From Epithemia pelagica (lineage: Eukaryota > Protista > Bacillariophyta), in the NCBI GenBank assembly GCA_946965045.2, contig OX337233.1, positions 1,984,001 to 2,048,000 on the forward strand: a DNA stretch of 64,000 nt, written 5' to 3'. Below are positions 18,601-28,871 of this stretch, piece after piece (the first letter of the stretch is position 1; every line of letters begins with the position of its first letter). Both the position numbers and the translations under genes were made by a program. Under the pieces are notes generated by a model, which worked only from the letters and a program-made list of their open reading frames with translations, was not told the DNA's origin and did no database searches.

Positions 18601-21600
18601 GAGTTGTACCGTCGTTCTTGATCAGCTTGAAAAATACCGTGTCGCCATTCTTAATCAGAGAGCTTCCAGCCGCCGCACCTCGGCTGTTGCGATATCGAGC
18701 TTGTTTGGCCACTCCAATGACAATCCGAGAGGCGCTTGATTGTGGCTGTTGTGATGTTTGCTGTTCTTGCAAGAGGCAAAACCCTCCACCAATCGTGACA
18801 ACAGATGCTGCTCCGGAAGTCAGTGTCATGGATGACGATGGGGTTGTTGCAATCGATGAGGGTAAAGCTTGCGACTCCTCAGCTGGAATAGCAACAGCTT
18901 CTTTCAAAACAATGGGATCTCCACTACGAACGTAGATTCCTTCACCCAGTTCAGCCGCCGCTTCATCTTCTTCTGTCTCATCGGGAGACTCAGGCCCTTC
19001 GACCAATGGGATTTGTTCTTCTGTCGGACCCCTCTGGTCGTTGACTCCGTTCGCGTTCATCGCCAAAAACTGATCTACATCTACCTGGTTCTGTTTGTCG
19101 TCTGACTCGGCCGCGGCTTGGACCACTTTTTGTGATGCCGGTCCCAACTGAGTGATTCCATCATTGCACAGTTCCAGATGAAACCATGTTCGATCTTTTC
19201 GGCGAATATGCGGACCCTTGTCTCGATTTGATGCGTTGCCGTCCCCTTTTCGATTGCCCTGTACTGTAGAATCGGAAGACTTTTTCTTTTCATCGAGTTC
19301 ATAAGCAACCATATTGATGGGCTGCATGCCCAAGACCGAGGACAAGGTGAATGGTCGTATGCCAGGAAGATTCAGGCATTTCCACTGCAAAAAGTCCACA
19401 TATGCGGTGTAAATGGAAAATGTATACGTGTCTTCTAAATTCCATGCAATCTGCGTGGTTCCCTTTTTGCGACTCTTTTGGGATTCCGCCGATTCTTGAA
19501 TCATCGATCCCAATTTCGGTGGTATTTGTCCTGGTGGTGTCACAACCAGAGAATTCATCCCTTCCACCAACGGAAAGGCCATATGGGGTGGTTCCCCCGT
19601 TGTTGCGTCACCTGTAATACTGTAATGGAAAAAGGGATTGGACGATTTGACAAAGGCCATGGCGGCACCCACAAATGCGCGTTGAATCATTCCCAACTTG
19701 AAGGGCTGATCTAGTTCACAGGCATAATACACACGTCCCGTAGGTATCCTTTTGAGTTTGCCTTGGAATTGCATTTCAAACCGACGTTGTTTGCCTCGGA
19801 AAAAGTCCATCGCCGTGCGGTTTTCTGGTAAGGATGGTTGGTTGGGGTCATCCATATCCGGTGTCCGAACTAATATGAGCAATTGACCCAAAAAGTACTC
19901 TGTATCCATCACATGTATCTGCTGTGCATTGTTGACATTGACTCGGCTGGGAACAGGTTCCGCCATGGCATCCGTCACATACAATGGTTTTAGCGAGGAA
20001 TGTGCAAAACGAGGCTTCTTGGGCAAAGCTTTTGAGTTGGAGGATTGGTTGGGAGGACGCTTTGACACAGCTGTGGTTTGGGGAGAGGACACGGACTGTG
20101 GCATGGGTGGGAGAGGAGGAGGAGGTTGCGGTAAATCGACTGGATCGGGCACATATTGGAGAAGTGGAGTATTACTACCGGAACTTTTTTGGTGACGATG
20201 ATGCTCCGGGCGATACGGTGGAGGACAAATGGAATGGACGGTAGCTGCGCGAGGTCTTGCAGCACCGTCATGGATCATATCCTCCAAAGGTTCTTGTTGT
20301 TGTTGTAGTAATTGGTCTTCGCCACCACCAAGAACACTACTATTACTTGTCGTCGGTGGAAAGGGAATGTGACTTTCGTCTTGACTGGTCGCGCTGTCGA
20401 GCAATAACAAGGGTGTTCCTTCTTCCATGGCCTCGAGATCTTCATCGCGAACGATACCATCTACCACCGGTGCATGACGACGACTCAGGGAATTCGATGG
20501 GTTGCTGGTACGAGCCTTTTCCCACCTTACTGCAAGGAGCAAGATGAGACAAGTGACATAGGCCACTGCCGTATATCCCACGGCATGTCTTGCAATGTCA
20601 CCATACGAGGAAAAACAGGTACCCAAAAAGAAGGATACCGTCCAAAGTACCAACAGGCGCAAAATGGATTCAAAGCGTGCCAAGACGGAAACTTCGGCGG
20701 GCATGGAGGTGGAAGACGGCAGTGTTTGTGAAGCAGCTGTTGGACGTAGGCGTGTGCGATTGGAAGATTGGTGGTGATGATTCGTAGAGGGAGGGGCACT
20801 TCGTTGTTGTAAGTTGCGCAAACTGTTTCGTAGGGTTTCGGCTAATCGATTGTTCCCACGATCTGGATTGGTTTTGCGATTGCCCTTGTTCTTTGTGGAG
20901 AGAGGTGAGGATAATGTGGTTGTTGTTGTATGCTGTGCCTCCATGGGATTATTGTTGGAACGATTGGAAATTTCGGAACTCGCCGGTCCCTGTTTTCCAA
21001 TGGTATCGTCGTTGGAGGCAGTGGCACCATAGTTGGAGTGTCTAGTGGTGGATGATTTGTTCGAACCACCACCAGCAGCACTGGGGGCACTCCCTGTACT
21101 TGTACTTCGACCAAAGCGGCCAGACAACCATCGTCGACGTCCTTCTCCACCACTGGCACCACCAGGCGTGGTTGCGGTTGTACTGGATGCTGCTGCTGCT
21201 GTCCGTCCGGGTGTAGACCAATAGCTTCGACGTGGTGTTGTGGTTGTGGAAGCAGCCGGCGTCCTTGCCGCCGAGGCAAATGGGTCATGCGGAGGAGAGG
21301 GAACTTCCACACCCCCACGGCCATTGGTCATGGAGGAAGACGAGGACGGCAGTGGTGGTGGTGGTGGTTGGGAGACAGCCACCGTCGTAGAAACTTGCGA
21401 GGGAGGTGCGTTTGCAGCCACCGAGGTTGCCGCCATGGGGACCGATGTGTAATGGATCGAGGGAGAGGGAGAACTGTTTCCTGCTAGAGGACCAGATCCT
21501 TTCCAAGTTTCTACTGACATGGAAGTCACATCACCATCAGTTGAGATGGGAGGATTGACACTCACAGACTCGGCTGCAGCAGCAGGAGTATGCAACACAC

Positions 21601-21670
21601 TTGTTTGTGGTTGCATCGTTGTGCCTTCTCCTGCTGCTGCTGGTTGTCGCTTCTGTTGCTGTCCTTCCAT
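15623..21670 (-). CDS. Large membrane-anchored protein with DUF1769-like, PH-like and C-terminal DUF547-like domains
   Basis: 2015-aa ORF. Two hydrophobic helices (LLVLWTVSFFLG; YTAVAYVTCLILLLAV); FRGKQRRFEMQFQGKLK...PPHMAFPL (DUF1769-like); WREEWCALYKQIIMFY (PH-like); FVNLYHCLLQHALL...YEIGGDVFSLAELQLCVIRG (DUF547-like). Confidence 0.75.
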   Translation of the reverse strand: MEGQQQKRQPAAAGEGTTMQPQTSVLHTPAAAAESVSVNPPISTDGDVTSMSVETWKGSGPLAGNSSPSPSIHYTSVPMAATSVAANAPPSQVSTTVAVSQPPPPPLPSSSSSMTNGRGGVEVPSPPHDPFASAARTPAASTTTTPRRSYWSTPGRTAAAASSTTATTPGGASGGEGRRRWLSGRFGRSTSTGSAPSAAGGGSNKSSTTRHSNYGATASNDDTIGKQGPASSEISNRSNNNPMEAQHTTTTTLSSPLSTKNKGNRKTNPDRGNNRLAETLRNSLRNLQQRSAPPSTNHHHQSSNRTRLRPTAASQTLPSSTSMPAEVSVLARFESILRLLVLWTVSFFLGTCFSSYGDIARHAVGYTAVAYVTCLILLLAVRWEKARTSNPSNSLSRRHAPVVDGIVRDEDLEAMEEGTPLLLLDSATSQDESHIPFPPTTSNSSVLGGGEDQLLQQQQEPLEDMIHDGAARPRAATVHSICPPPYRPEHHRHQKSSGSNTPLLQYVPDPVDLPQPPPPLPPMPQSVSSPQTTAVSKRPPNQSSNSKALPKKPRFAHSSLKPLYVTDAMAEPVPSRVNVNNAQQIHVMDTEYFLGQLLILVRTPDMDDPNQPSLPENRTAMDFFRGKQRRFEMQFQGKLKRIPTGRVYYACELDQPFKLGMIQRAFVGAAMAFVKSSNPFFHYSITGDATTGEPPHMAFPLVEGMNSLVVTPPGQIPPKLGSMIQESAESQKSRKKGTTQIAWNLEDTYTFSIYTAYVDFLQWKCLNLPGIRPFTLSSVLGMQPINMVAYELDEKKKSSDSTVQGNRKGDGNASNRDKGPHIRRKDRTWFHLELCNDGITQLGPASQKVVQAAAESDDKQNQVDVDQFLAMNANGVNDQRGPTEEQIPLVEGPESPDETEEDEAAAELGEGIYVRSGDPIVLKEAVAIPAEESQALPSSIATTPSSSMTLTSGAASVVTIGGGFCLLQEQQTSQQPQSSASRIVIGVAKQARYRNSRGAAAGSSLIKNGDTVFFKLIKNDGTTLLLTIHRGWWLKWVAMAPNKNCYFTIHTHSLDDVEAAENKMDDEEEYDNPSPSYLRVGGTFWLQHRRWPKYAVGVSAEGSAAYGGRLMALYKHGSDRRPLGVPQQQTSDSKAGETLAPLSIPPLDDAGDGYSDEEDAGPDVVKAPSQWMNPLLFRAMEGVVSSGEERITRSSSLSNLSDDPALTEVPPRTKQRFSADETRMDAPAWIELMNRSKRVVHLAYVVRVVPPLISKVEEDPCSAFVRIRTGRDLAEVMRVGQNWRSKTRSIASVSPSAGRRRQRGEREDSSFPAVARSSGGESVSRKSIATTGEDEDEMRGAEVSLDDSDDSQDDADFFENDDEAEGADASSNDALQPHHRRRPGKLIGKLARSVKHRTSAVVKVGKGTVSAGKSMIPIRPKIPPMKEPNSKQVSSARSRRRTERELHKALSRGMKRMDRNESGNASISTELIPIMAGELSAPEQSCRTVSNMLIRMSSISRSSENNGSFNNLLNSQISFSSDHDVSFLRGTVLDLGVTPSKKHGEALAGYIVARCLWDGHWREEWCALYKQIIMFYAPLTDTPGLELSLADVQSFRLLDLGNASPLPGLPMLVLETAWQCYYIAFWNEELRRQFHEILDTAKTTFDKSVSGLQGEQDLWKARFWQGFHASFEASLSGGKGKWAEIVHAKRKKRRVVLNNRRMAFDLAPFSEQPVNFTETLLSWCLSFRLESLLEHPEALGRFLDATSQLQNFPLHDLDYMGPETFCIFVNLYHCLLQHALLLTVKGPLTKRSCGHFMRTNCYEIGGDVFSLAELQLCVIRGRMSRPVAPKAPFYDAPRKSQAFRHYYALGFTSPLVNFVMNTGNTMSPRQVAVFGLDNFYEQLWATAIAHVRKNVTVDDSRRIIYIPRVCDAFRFDFCDSVTNFPGWIHECLRFCLTLLEEEEDQALVSKIEAMLQQDHGVSVKFQPVSEQYHSTLQALSLAKLLSNNNSDHTSTSNNMGAGTAGPEDGACTSVE

Positions 21671-22693
21671 CTCCTACCCCCAATGGGCAAGACGTTCGTC
21701 AATGCCACCAATGGATAAACGGTACCTTTTAGGAGAGTATAGTATCCACAATAGAGTCTGTTCAATCATTGAACAACGACAGCAACCCACCACAGAAATA
21801 GACGTGTGGATTTTTTGTCGCGATCGGATGCGCAGCAGCACGTGAGACGCGTGTTGGTCCTTTTAGAGTCGCATGCAAATGCTAATGCTCCTACCTATGA
21901 TACTCTCCTATCAACTTCCCTCTAGCTACTTCTCTGAGAAGTTTATGACTTTGGGCCATGACAAGAGGGCGATGGCGATACATAATGGACCCTTGTTTCT
22001 AAACCACAAGCATTTTCCCAAGAAGTTACAAGCGTCCAAACAGAACTCATGTCTTTTGAGGCGACAAGCTTCTGCTTCTGTCTTTACGGTGCGCCGTTTG
22101 GAAGTAGATTTCTCTCAAGGCCGCACGGGATAAGGGCTGGGGATACCGACCCATGTACATCTAAGTAGGCTCAGTACATTAAGCTACGTGGTACTATTTT
22201 CATCAGTGTAACAAGTGGGGCGGATGGTCTCAAATTGAAAACTTGCTGCCACGAGAAACAATGCAAATTGGAAGCCATCGCTCGACAATGGTGGAAGCCA
22301 TCACCCCCATGGCCATAACTTCCTCAATAATAGAGCTTGCCTCGACCGCTTTGACAAGAAGATTATTTACTACTAGAGTGACTATGCTTTCAATTCGGTC
22401 GAGTCAGCATTGAAAAATGAGTGAGTTAGGGCTGTCGTTCGATTTCATCACTGCAGAAAAATGAGCGTACCTTTTCAGCCAACTTGGCAAATCTTCTTTA
22501 ATTTTAGACAACAATTTCAAAGGTAAAGGCAAAGGACTTACGGTGGTTGGATGTTTTTGCGATGCATGGGTGAATGCATACGGCGTCACCGGATCTCGCC
22601 ATCATTGTCGAGCATTTTTGCATTTTCCCTCCGATTGCGGGGGTACCTCCCGTCTGCTGTCCATACGGTTATTCTCAAATTTTCCTAAAAAAT

Positions 22694-22804
22694 CAAAATA
22701 TGGCTAGCCTATTGAGCAAAATTAGCGATAGTAAGGCCTCTAAGCTTGAGGTATGAGATAGTCACAATTTTATATTTTCGAGTCACACCCCTACGCGTAT
22801 TTTG
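22694..22804 (+). repeat. 5' LTR of Copia element 2
   Basis: CAAAATA...TATTTTG, direct repeat of 28872-28982. Confidence 0.92.
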
Positions 22805-23242
22805 GTTTATCAGACCCAAGAAACTCTGCGATTATGGTAAAAGCTATGGCACAATGGCCTGGGAAGGTCGAGAAATATCTGGATCGATGATAAAGATCCG
22901 CCCAAAGGTCGACTAATGAAGTCGTACAGCTATTCTCGTTGAATATCCGGCCTGCAACGGGGTTTGGACCGGACTAGCTAACAGATGTGGTCTGCGAGTG
23001 CGCACATCTGGGGCAATGGCGGACGCGCCGGTCTTGGCCGTTGACAAGACAAAGCCTGCTATGCGGTCATGATTATTTCATAAATGAAACATGAGCCGAC
23101 GATGCAGCTGTGCACGCTTTCTACCTTTTGAATCGCCCGAAATGAGTGAAGAACCGGACCGTGTGACTGAAAGAGAATGCTCACTTCCGAGTACAAGAAA
23201 GTCCCAATTGATCCGTCTACACGCAGATAAAAGAAGTAAACC

Positions 23243-24736
23243 ATGGCCGAACCCGTCGCTCCCGCTCCTCCAACCGCTCAAGAACTGCTCACTCAGCTTA
23301 ATGGCTACCTTGAGAATACCCTCCTCATTGGTCAACAAGAAGTTCGTAACGCTCTCAATGCACAAGGCCTTGTTTCGATTGGCGATTTTAATGGTCTAAA
23401 GGAAGACGATATCGCTGAAATTTGCGCTAATGCCAGGAAACCCGGTGGAACTGTTCCTAATCCGGACTATGACGCTGCTAATCCAGTTCCTGGAGTCCCA
23501 ATTACCATTACGAACCCTGGAGTATTGGTCGGGCATGTTTTGGAAAAACGCTTGAAGATGCTTGGGTACTACGTCCAGTATCTCAATAAGGTCAATTGCG
23601 AATTTAGTGCAGCAACGGCAACATTGGCTCAAATCCAAGGACTCTACCGTCTTAAAGAAGCGGATGATGAGTATGATAATGAGATTGAACTTCCCGAGAA
23701 ACTCACAAATGTTGAGAACATACGAGTCGTTCTCGAAGATTTAGACAACTACCTTGAGAGGAAAAGAGGAGTTACTATGATCCCTTTGGCAGCGTATACC
23801 CGCTCGATGCCAACTCCTCCTCCGGTTAACTTGGACCCAGGAATCGGAGCACCAACGTACTTGAGAGAACTAATCAGGCGTGCGCCACTAACTGGAGCAA
23901 CCGCGGTGGCTGACAAAGAGGCAGTTTGGGATGTCATACGCCACATAACCCATGATGGCCCTGGATGGGGCTGGGTTCAAGCCTTTAGCCGCAGTCGAGA
24001 CGGAAGAGGTGCTTATATCGCCTTAAAGAGTCATTACTTAGGTGACGCCTTTCAAACAAGACTGAGGGCAAAAGCAGACCAAGTGTTGGAATCGGCCTAT
24101 TATGACGGGTCAAAACGAAACTACACATATGAGAGGTACATTGAATCGCTCCAGAGGGCCTTTACGGACCTCGAATCAACTGGCGAGATGGTCAGTAATG
24201 AAAGGAAGGTTAGAGTTTTATTGTTGGGTGTATCTGATCCAAGGCTTGAAAGCGCGCAGAACACCATACTCGCTACACCTTCACTCAGGGCAAACTTTGA
24301 AGTCGCTTCCAATTATTTGGCAGAGATTCTTGACAGCAAGGTCTCGTACAGTGCTTCAACAAGGAAGGCCCGAATCTCATCTATCCAGCATAACAAGAAT
24401 GGAAAAGGTGGAAACAAGAAGAATGGGAGTAACCAATCAAACGGTTTTGACCCCAACAAATATTATCCCTTTAGAAAGTGGATAAAACTCACAAAGGAAC
24501 AACAGCAAATGGTCCGAGAAGCAAGGGACGCTGTTAACAGCAGTACAAAGAAAAGGTCTGCTGCTGCTGTTCATTTTAAGAACGGTAAGAACAAGAGAAA
24601 AGGTGTTGATGGAAGCACGACAACGACTACCGATGAGAGTTCAGAGACAACTGGCGATTCCAGTGAGAACGACAAGGAACTCGGTATTGGCGCCATAATG
24701 AGCCAGAGAAAGAAAGGCAGGAGAGAAACCGTGTGA
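23243..24736 (+). CDS. Copia Gag-like protein
   Basis: 497-aa ORF; capsid-like helical core (VWDVIRHITHDGPGWGWV...DGRGAYIALKSHYLG), basic C-terminus; ends in TGA in frame with pol. Confidence 0.88.
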   Translation: MAEPVAPAPPTAQELLTQLNGYLENTLLIGQQEVRNALNAQGLVSIGDFNGLKEDDIAEICANARKPGGTVPNPDYDAANPVPGVPITITNPGVLVGHVLEKRLKMLGYYVQYLNKVNCEFSAATATLAQIQGLYRLKEADDEYDNEIELPEKLTNVENIRVVLEDLDNYLERKRGVTMIPLAAYTRSMPTPPPVNLDPGIGAPTYLRELIRRAPLTGATAVADKEAVWDVIRHITHDGPGWGWVQAFSRSRDGRGAYIALKSHYLGDAFQTRLRAKADQVLESAYYDGSKRNYTYERYIESLQRAFTDLESTGEMVSNERKVRVLLLGVSDPRLESAQNTILATPSLRANFEVASNYLAEILDSKVSYSASTRKARISSIQHNKNGKGGNKKNGSNQSNGFDPNKYYPFRKWIKLTKEQQQMVREARDAVNSSTKKRSAAAVHFKNGKNKRKGVDGSTTTTTDESSETTGDSSENDKELGIGAIMSQRKKGRRETV

Positions 24737-27700
24737 CGAGATGTCCGCGAGATAGATGTACTCTCCAGGGACATTAGCGTTAGGACGTCTATGTGCGAAT
24801 TAGACAGTCACGCTGACACTTGTTGTCTCGGTAAGGATTGCCTCGTTTTATATGAGACAGACAAGGCAGAAGTGAGTGGGTTCTCAACACAGCTTGGGAA
24901 ATTAAAGGAAACTCCCGTAATCACAGGCGTGTTGGTATATGATGAACCCGAGACAGGAGAGACTTACCTGTTGTACTTTCACCAAGCGCTCCATCTTCCG
25001 ATGATGGAGAAGAGCCTATTGAATCCAAATCAGATGAGAGAGGCTGGTATCATCGTTAATGATGTGCCCCTCAAGTTTATCAAGCAAGAGCAAAGGACAA
25101 GTGAATCACATTCATTGGTTGTTCCCATTAACGACGACAATGGAAATACACTGACAATTCCTCTGGAGTTGAAAGGAGTAATCAGTGGCTTCACTGTAAG
25201 GAAACCGTCTTGGGAGGAGATAGCGAATATTGACCCTGCGAACAGGATTGAGATGACCAACGATAATCCAGAATGGGCCCCGAATGACTCGACTGAAGAA
25301 GATGTCGATGAGAGAAGGCTCAGACAGGACGTTCGTCAAGACATGGTCAGAACAAAAGGTTCGAGGTCGTTGAGCAACAGAATGACCAAGATGGTGAGAG
25401 TAAACTCAAGAACCGTAGCCGAAACGAGCCATAAGAGAAAGGGGACAATAGATCCCATTGGATTAGCTTCGAGATGGGGAATCGGTTTGTCAGTTGCGGA
25501 AAGGACTTTCAAGGCAACAACGCAACTTGGAGTAAGAGATTTTTCCCAAGGCGTCGGAAGTAAAAGGCTCAAGCATACGGCTTACCAGCTTAAGCATAGA
25601 AGGCTTCGGGCAGATGTATACACAGATACTCTGTTTTCGGATACAAAATCTTTGAGCAAAAATACTTGTGGTCAACTTTTTGCGACCGAGTTTGGCTGGG
25701 TTCAATTTTATCCGTTGGAACGCAAGAAGGATGCTCACACGGCTCTAGAGAAGGTCTTTAACGACTACGGGATCTTCAATAGCGTTGTCCCAGATAATGC
25801 TCCAGAATTGACGAGTGGGAAATTCAAGAAGACTGCCCAAAAGTTTGGTTGCCGTATTAAGCCCATAGAGGCTTGGACACCAAACCAAAATCTAGCCGAA
25901 GCGAACATCTGCGAACTGAAGAGGGCTTATAGAAGGGAAATGAGAAGGACAAACGCCCCTGCTGTATTATGGGATCATTGTTTGCAACTGGTAGCTGAGA
26001 GACGATCCCATACAGCTTCTGCGACTGAACCGTTTGATGAAGGTCCACCTATAAAGATGTTGACCGGTGATACACCAGACATATCCCATCTAGTTGAACA
26101 CAGATGGTATGACCCGGTCTGGTATTCCAATCCCGGGTTTGAGAACAGAGAACTCGGAAGGTGGCTAGGACCAAGTAAATCGGTTGGTCAAGCAATGAGT
26201 TCGAAAATACTGACACGAAAAGGGAAGATTGTACATCGCACTTCCGTGTGGCCCCTGTCAGTTGAAAAGTCCCATGATCCGTCGTTTACTGCACAACGTG
26301 AACAGTTTGATACTGACCTAAAGGAAGCTCTGGGGAACCGATTCGAAGGTCTTGACCCAGAGGAAGGAGATGATCCCGCAGAAGAAGGAAATGATACTCC
26401 TTTCTTCGAGGCATATGAAGACGATGAGCAAGAAGACACGAGAGTTCCAGAGGCCGACGATTACAAGGTGGATGCATACGACAAATTAATCTCTGCCAAG
26501 GTGATGCTCCCCTTAGGGGACTCAAAGAGACCAGGTCAAGTTATACGTCGGAAAAGAGATGCAGACGGTAATCCAATTGGTCGGTCATCTTCAAATCCGT
26601 ATCTGGATACGTCGTTGTACGAAGTAGAGTTCCATGATGGCCACGTCGAGTCTTATGCGGCAAACCTGATTGCCGAGAACATTTACGAGCAGTTAGACGA
26701 TGAGGGAAACAAATACAAACTCATCGATCAGATCATGGATCACCGAAAAGATGCAACTGCCATACCAATCTCAGAGGGTACGTTCTTTCATAATGGGAGA
26801 GAACATAAGAAAAAGACGACGAGGGGTTGGCAGCTTTGTATATTGTGGAAAGATGGTTCCACGTCGTGGGAGATGCTCAAGGACCTGAAGGAATCGTATC
26901 CTTTAGAAGTAGCCGAATATGCAGTGGCTAATTTGCTTGACAAAGAACCGGCTTTCAATTGGTGGGTCGATTTCACTCTCAAGAGGCGTGCAAGACTAAT
27001 CAAGGCCGTCTCAAGCACAAGGTACATGCGAAAATGGCAGAAGTACGGTATTGAGCTTCCTAAGACAGTAGAACGGGCGTTGCAAATCGATAAAGAAACA
27101 GGAACAGACTTCTGGGCTAAAGCCCTTCAACTCGAAATGTCTAAGATCTTTCCTGCAGTCAAGATTTTGGAAGAAGGCGCGCCGTATCCACCTGGCCATC
27201 AAGTCATCCCATGTCATATTGTGTTTGACATAAAGATGGATTTTACCAGGAAGGCGAGGTATGTAGCAGGGGGACACCGTACCCAAGAGCCAGAAACGCC
27301 TACCTATGCCAGTGTAGTCAGCAGGGAGAGCGTGAGAATCGGATTCTTACTTGCAGCACTGAATGGAATCGATATCCTTGCGGCTGATATCGCTGGAGCA
27401 TATTTGAACGCTCCTTGCCACGAAAGAGTGTGCACCAAATGTGGCTTAGAATTTGGAAAAGAAAATGAAGGGAGGTACGCGATAATCACTAAGGCACTAT
27501 ATGGCCTTAAAACGAGTGCCTTCGCATGGAGAGAACACCTTTCCACGACTTTGCAAGAGTCGTTAGGGTTTCGACCGTGCCGAGCAGATCCCGATGTATA
27601 TCTTCGGGACTCTACAAAAGACGATGGATCGAAGTACTATGAACTTGTGTTCATCTATATAGATGACGTCCTTGTCATCTCTCAGAAGGCACAAGAGATC

Positions 27701-28735
27701 TTGAATATGATCGACCAACATTATTTATTGAAACCGGATTCGATCGGAATACCCAAGATCTATCTGGGGAACCAAGTAGAAACTTTCGACATTGACAATG
27801 ACGTGTCTAAAAGATGTTGGGCGCTAAGTTCAAAGCGATACGCAACAGAAGCCATACGGAATGTCAAGGTTTGGATGGATGAAAGAAACTTGAGTCTTAA
27901 GACTCGAGCCCCAAGCGTGCTCCCAACAGGATACCGTCCAGAATTGGATACGAGCCCATATTGCAATGCTGATTGGCAATCGTTTTTCCAACAGCAGATT
28001 GGTGTTCTCAGATGGTTGGTTGAGCTGGGAAGGATCGACATTACTGCGGAGGTTTCAATGTTGGCGGCTTTCTTAGCAGGAGCAAGAGAAGGTCATGTTC
28101 ATGCGATGCTTCATGTCTTCGCTTATCTGAACTTACATGACCGTTTGAGACTAGTATTAGACCCTTCATATATTCAGCACGGAGAAGAATTGACTGCTGA
28201 TTGGGCAGGTTTTTATCCAGACGCCAAAGAGGACATTCCAGCAGACGCTCCAGAACCATTGGGTAATCCAGTCCAGATGACGGTCTTCGTCGACTCTGAT
28301 CATGCTGGGGATTTGATCACCAGACGTTCAAGAACTGGAGTTTTAATCTATCTGAATCGAGCTCCTGTAACTTGGTACAGTAAGAAACAGACCAGCGTCG
28401 AAACATCGACATTTGGGTCAGAATTCATGGCTCTCAAAGTGGGCATTGAAATGGTAAAAGGACTTCGATACAAATTAAGGATGATGGGCGTACCTCTGGA
28501 TGGACATGCGCATATACGGGTTGATAACATGTCTGTGGTACTGAATACGTCGGTCCCTGAATCAACACTGAAAAAGAAGTCAAATTCAATCGCATATCAT
28601 TTTGTTCGTGAGAATGTTGCATCGGGCATGTGTCGTGTTGCTTTTGAACCGTCGAAGACTAACCTTGCTGACATTCTTACTAAGATTCAAACAGGTACAG
28701 AGAGAACACGGTTAGCATCAATGATCCTATATTAG
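24737..28735 (+). CDS. Copia Pol polyprotein (protease-like, integrase, chromo-like, RT, RNase H)
   Basis: ELDSHADT protease-like motif; IN core VYTDTLF...VVPDNAPE...QNLAE; RT KARYVAGG, ALYGLKTS, IYIDD; RNase H FVDSDHAG, TSTFGSEF, VDNMSV, NLADILTK. Frame is open from 24737; first ATG at 24791. Confidence 0.96.
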   Translation, partial: RDVREIDVLSRDISVRTSMCELDSHADTCCLGKDCLVLYETDKAEVSGFSTQLGKLKETPVITGVLVYDEPETGETYLLYFHQALHLPMMEKSLLNPNQMREAGIIVNDVPLKFIKQEQRTSESHSLVVPINDDNGNTLTIPLELKGVISGFTVRKPSWEEIANIDPANRIEMTNDNPEWAPNDSTEEDVDERRLRQDVRQDMVRTKGSRSLSNRMTKMVRVNSRTVAETSHKRKGTIDPIGLASRWGIGLSVAERTFKATTQLGVRDFSQGVGSKRLKHTAYQLKHRRLRADVYTDTLFSDTKSLSKNTCGQLFATEFGWVQFYPLERKKDAHTALEKVFNDYGIFNSVVPDNAPELTSGKFKKTAQKFGCRIKPIEAWTPNQNLAEANICELKRAYRREMRRTNAPAVLWDHCLQLVAERRSHTASATEPFDEGPPIKMLTGDTPDISHLVEHRWYDPVWYSNPGFENRELGRWLGPSKSVGQAMSSKILTRKGKIVHRTSVWPLSVEKSHDPSFTAQREQFDTDLKEALGNRFEGLDPEEGDDPAEEGNDTPFFEAYEDDEQEDTRVPEADDYKVDAYDKLISAKVMLPLGDSKRPGQVIRRKRDADGNPIGRSSSNPYLDTSLYEVEFHDGHVESYAANLIAENIYEQLDDEGNKYKLIDQIMDHRKDATAIPISEGTFFHNGREHKKKTTRGWQLCILWKDGSTSWEMLKDLKESYPLEVAEYAVANLLDKEPAFNWWVDFTLKRRARLIKAVSSTRYMRKWQKYGIELPKTVERALQIDKETGTDFWAKALQLEMSKIFPAVKILEEGAPYPPGHQVIPCHIVFDIKMDFTRKARYVAGGHRTQEPETPTYASVVSRESVRIGFLLAALNGIDILAADIAGAYLNAPCHERVCTKCGLEFGKENEGRYAIITKALYGLKTSAFAWREHLSTTLQESLGFRPCRADPDVYLRDSTKDDGSKYYELVFIYIDDVLVISQKAQEILNMIDQHYLLKPDSIGIPKIYLGNQVETFDIDNDVSKRCWALSSKRYATEAIRNVKVWMDERNLSLKTRAPSVLPTGYRPELDTSPYCNADWQSFFQQQIGVLRWLVELGRIDITAEVSMLAAFLAGAREGHVHAMLHVFAYLNLHDRLRLVLDPSYIQHGEELTADWAGFYPDAKEDIPADAPEPLGNPVQMTVFVDSDHAGDLITRRSRTGVLIYLNRAPVTWYSKKQTSVETSTFGSEFMALKVGIEMVKGLRYKLRMMGVPLDGHAHIRVDNMSVVLNTSVPESTLKKKSNSIAYHFVRENVASGMCRVAFEPSKTNLADILTKIQTGTERTRLASMILY

Positions 28736-28871
28736 TGGGTTTCCCGCCAACCTCTGTTGGGTCTGGGTACGTCCTGCACCTAAAAGATGAAAGGGCTTTA
28801 AGCAGGTCTAGATGGGACAAGAGTAGATTGGCACAGTTACTTCATTACGAGACGAAGAACTGTGAGGGGAC

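Noticed and set aside
4482-24736. UGA reassignment (Trp/Sec) as the explanation for internal TGA codons
   Set aside because: Host genes here end normally in TGA (for example 10148-10150 and 37311-37313), and the contexts are not selenoprotein-like.
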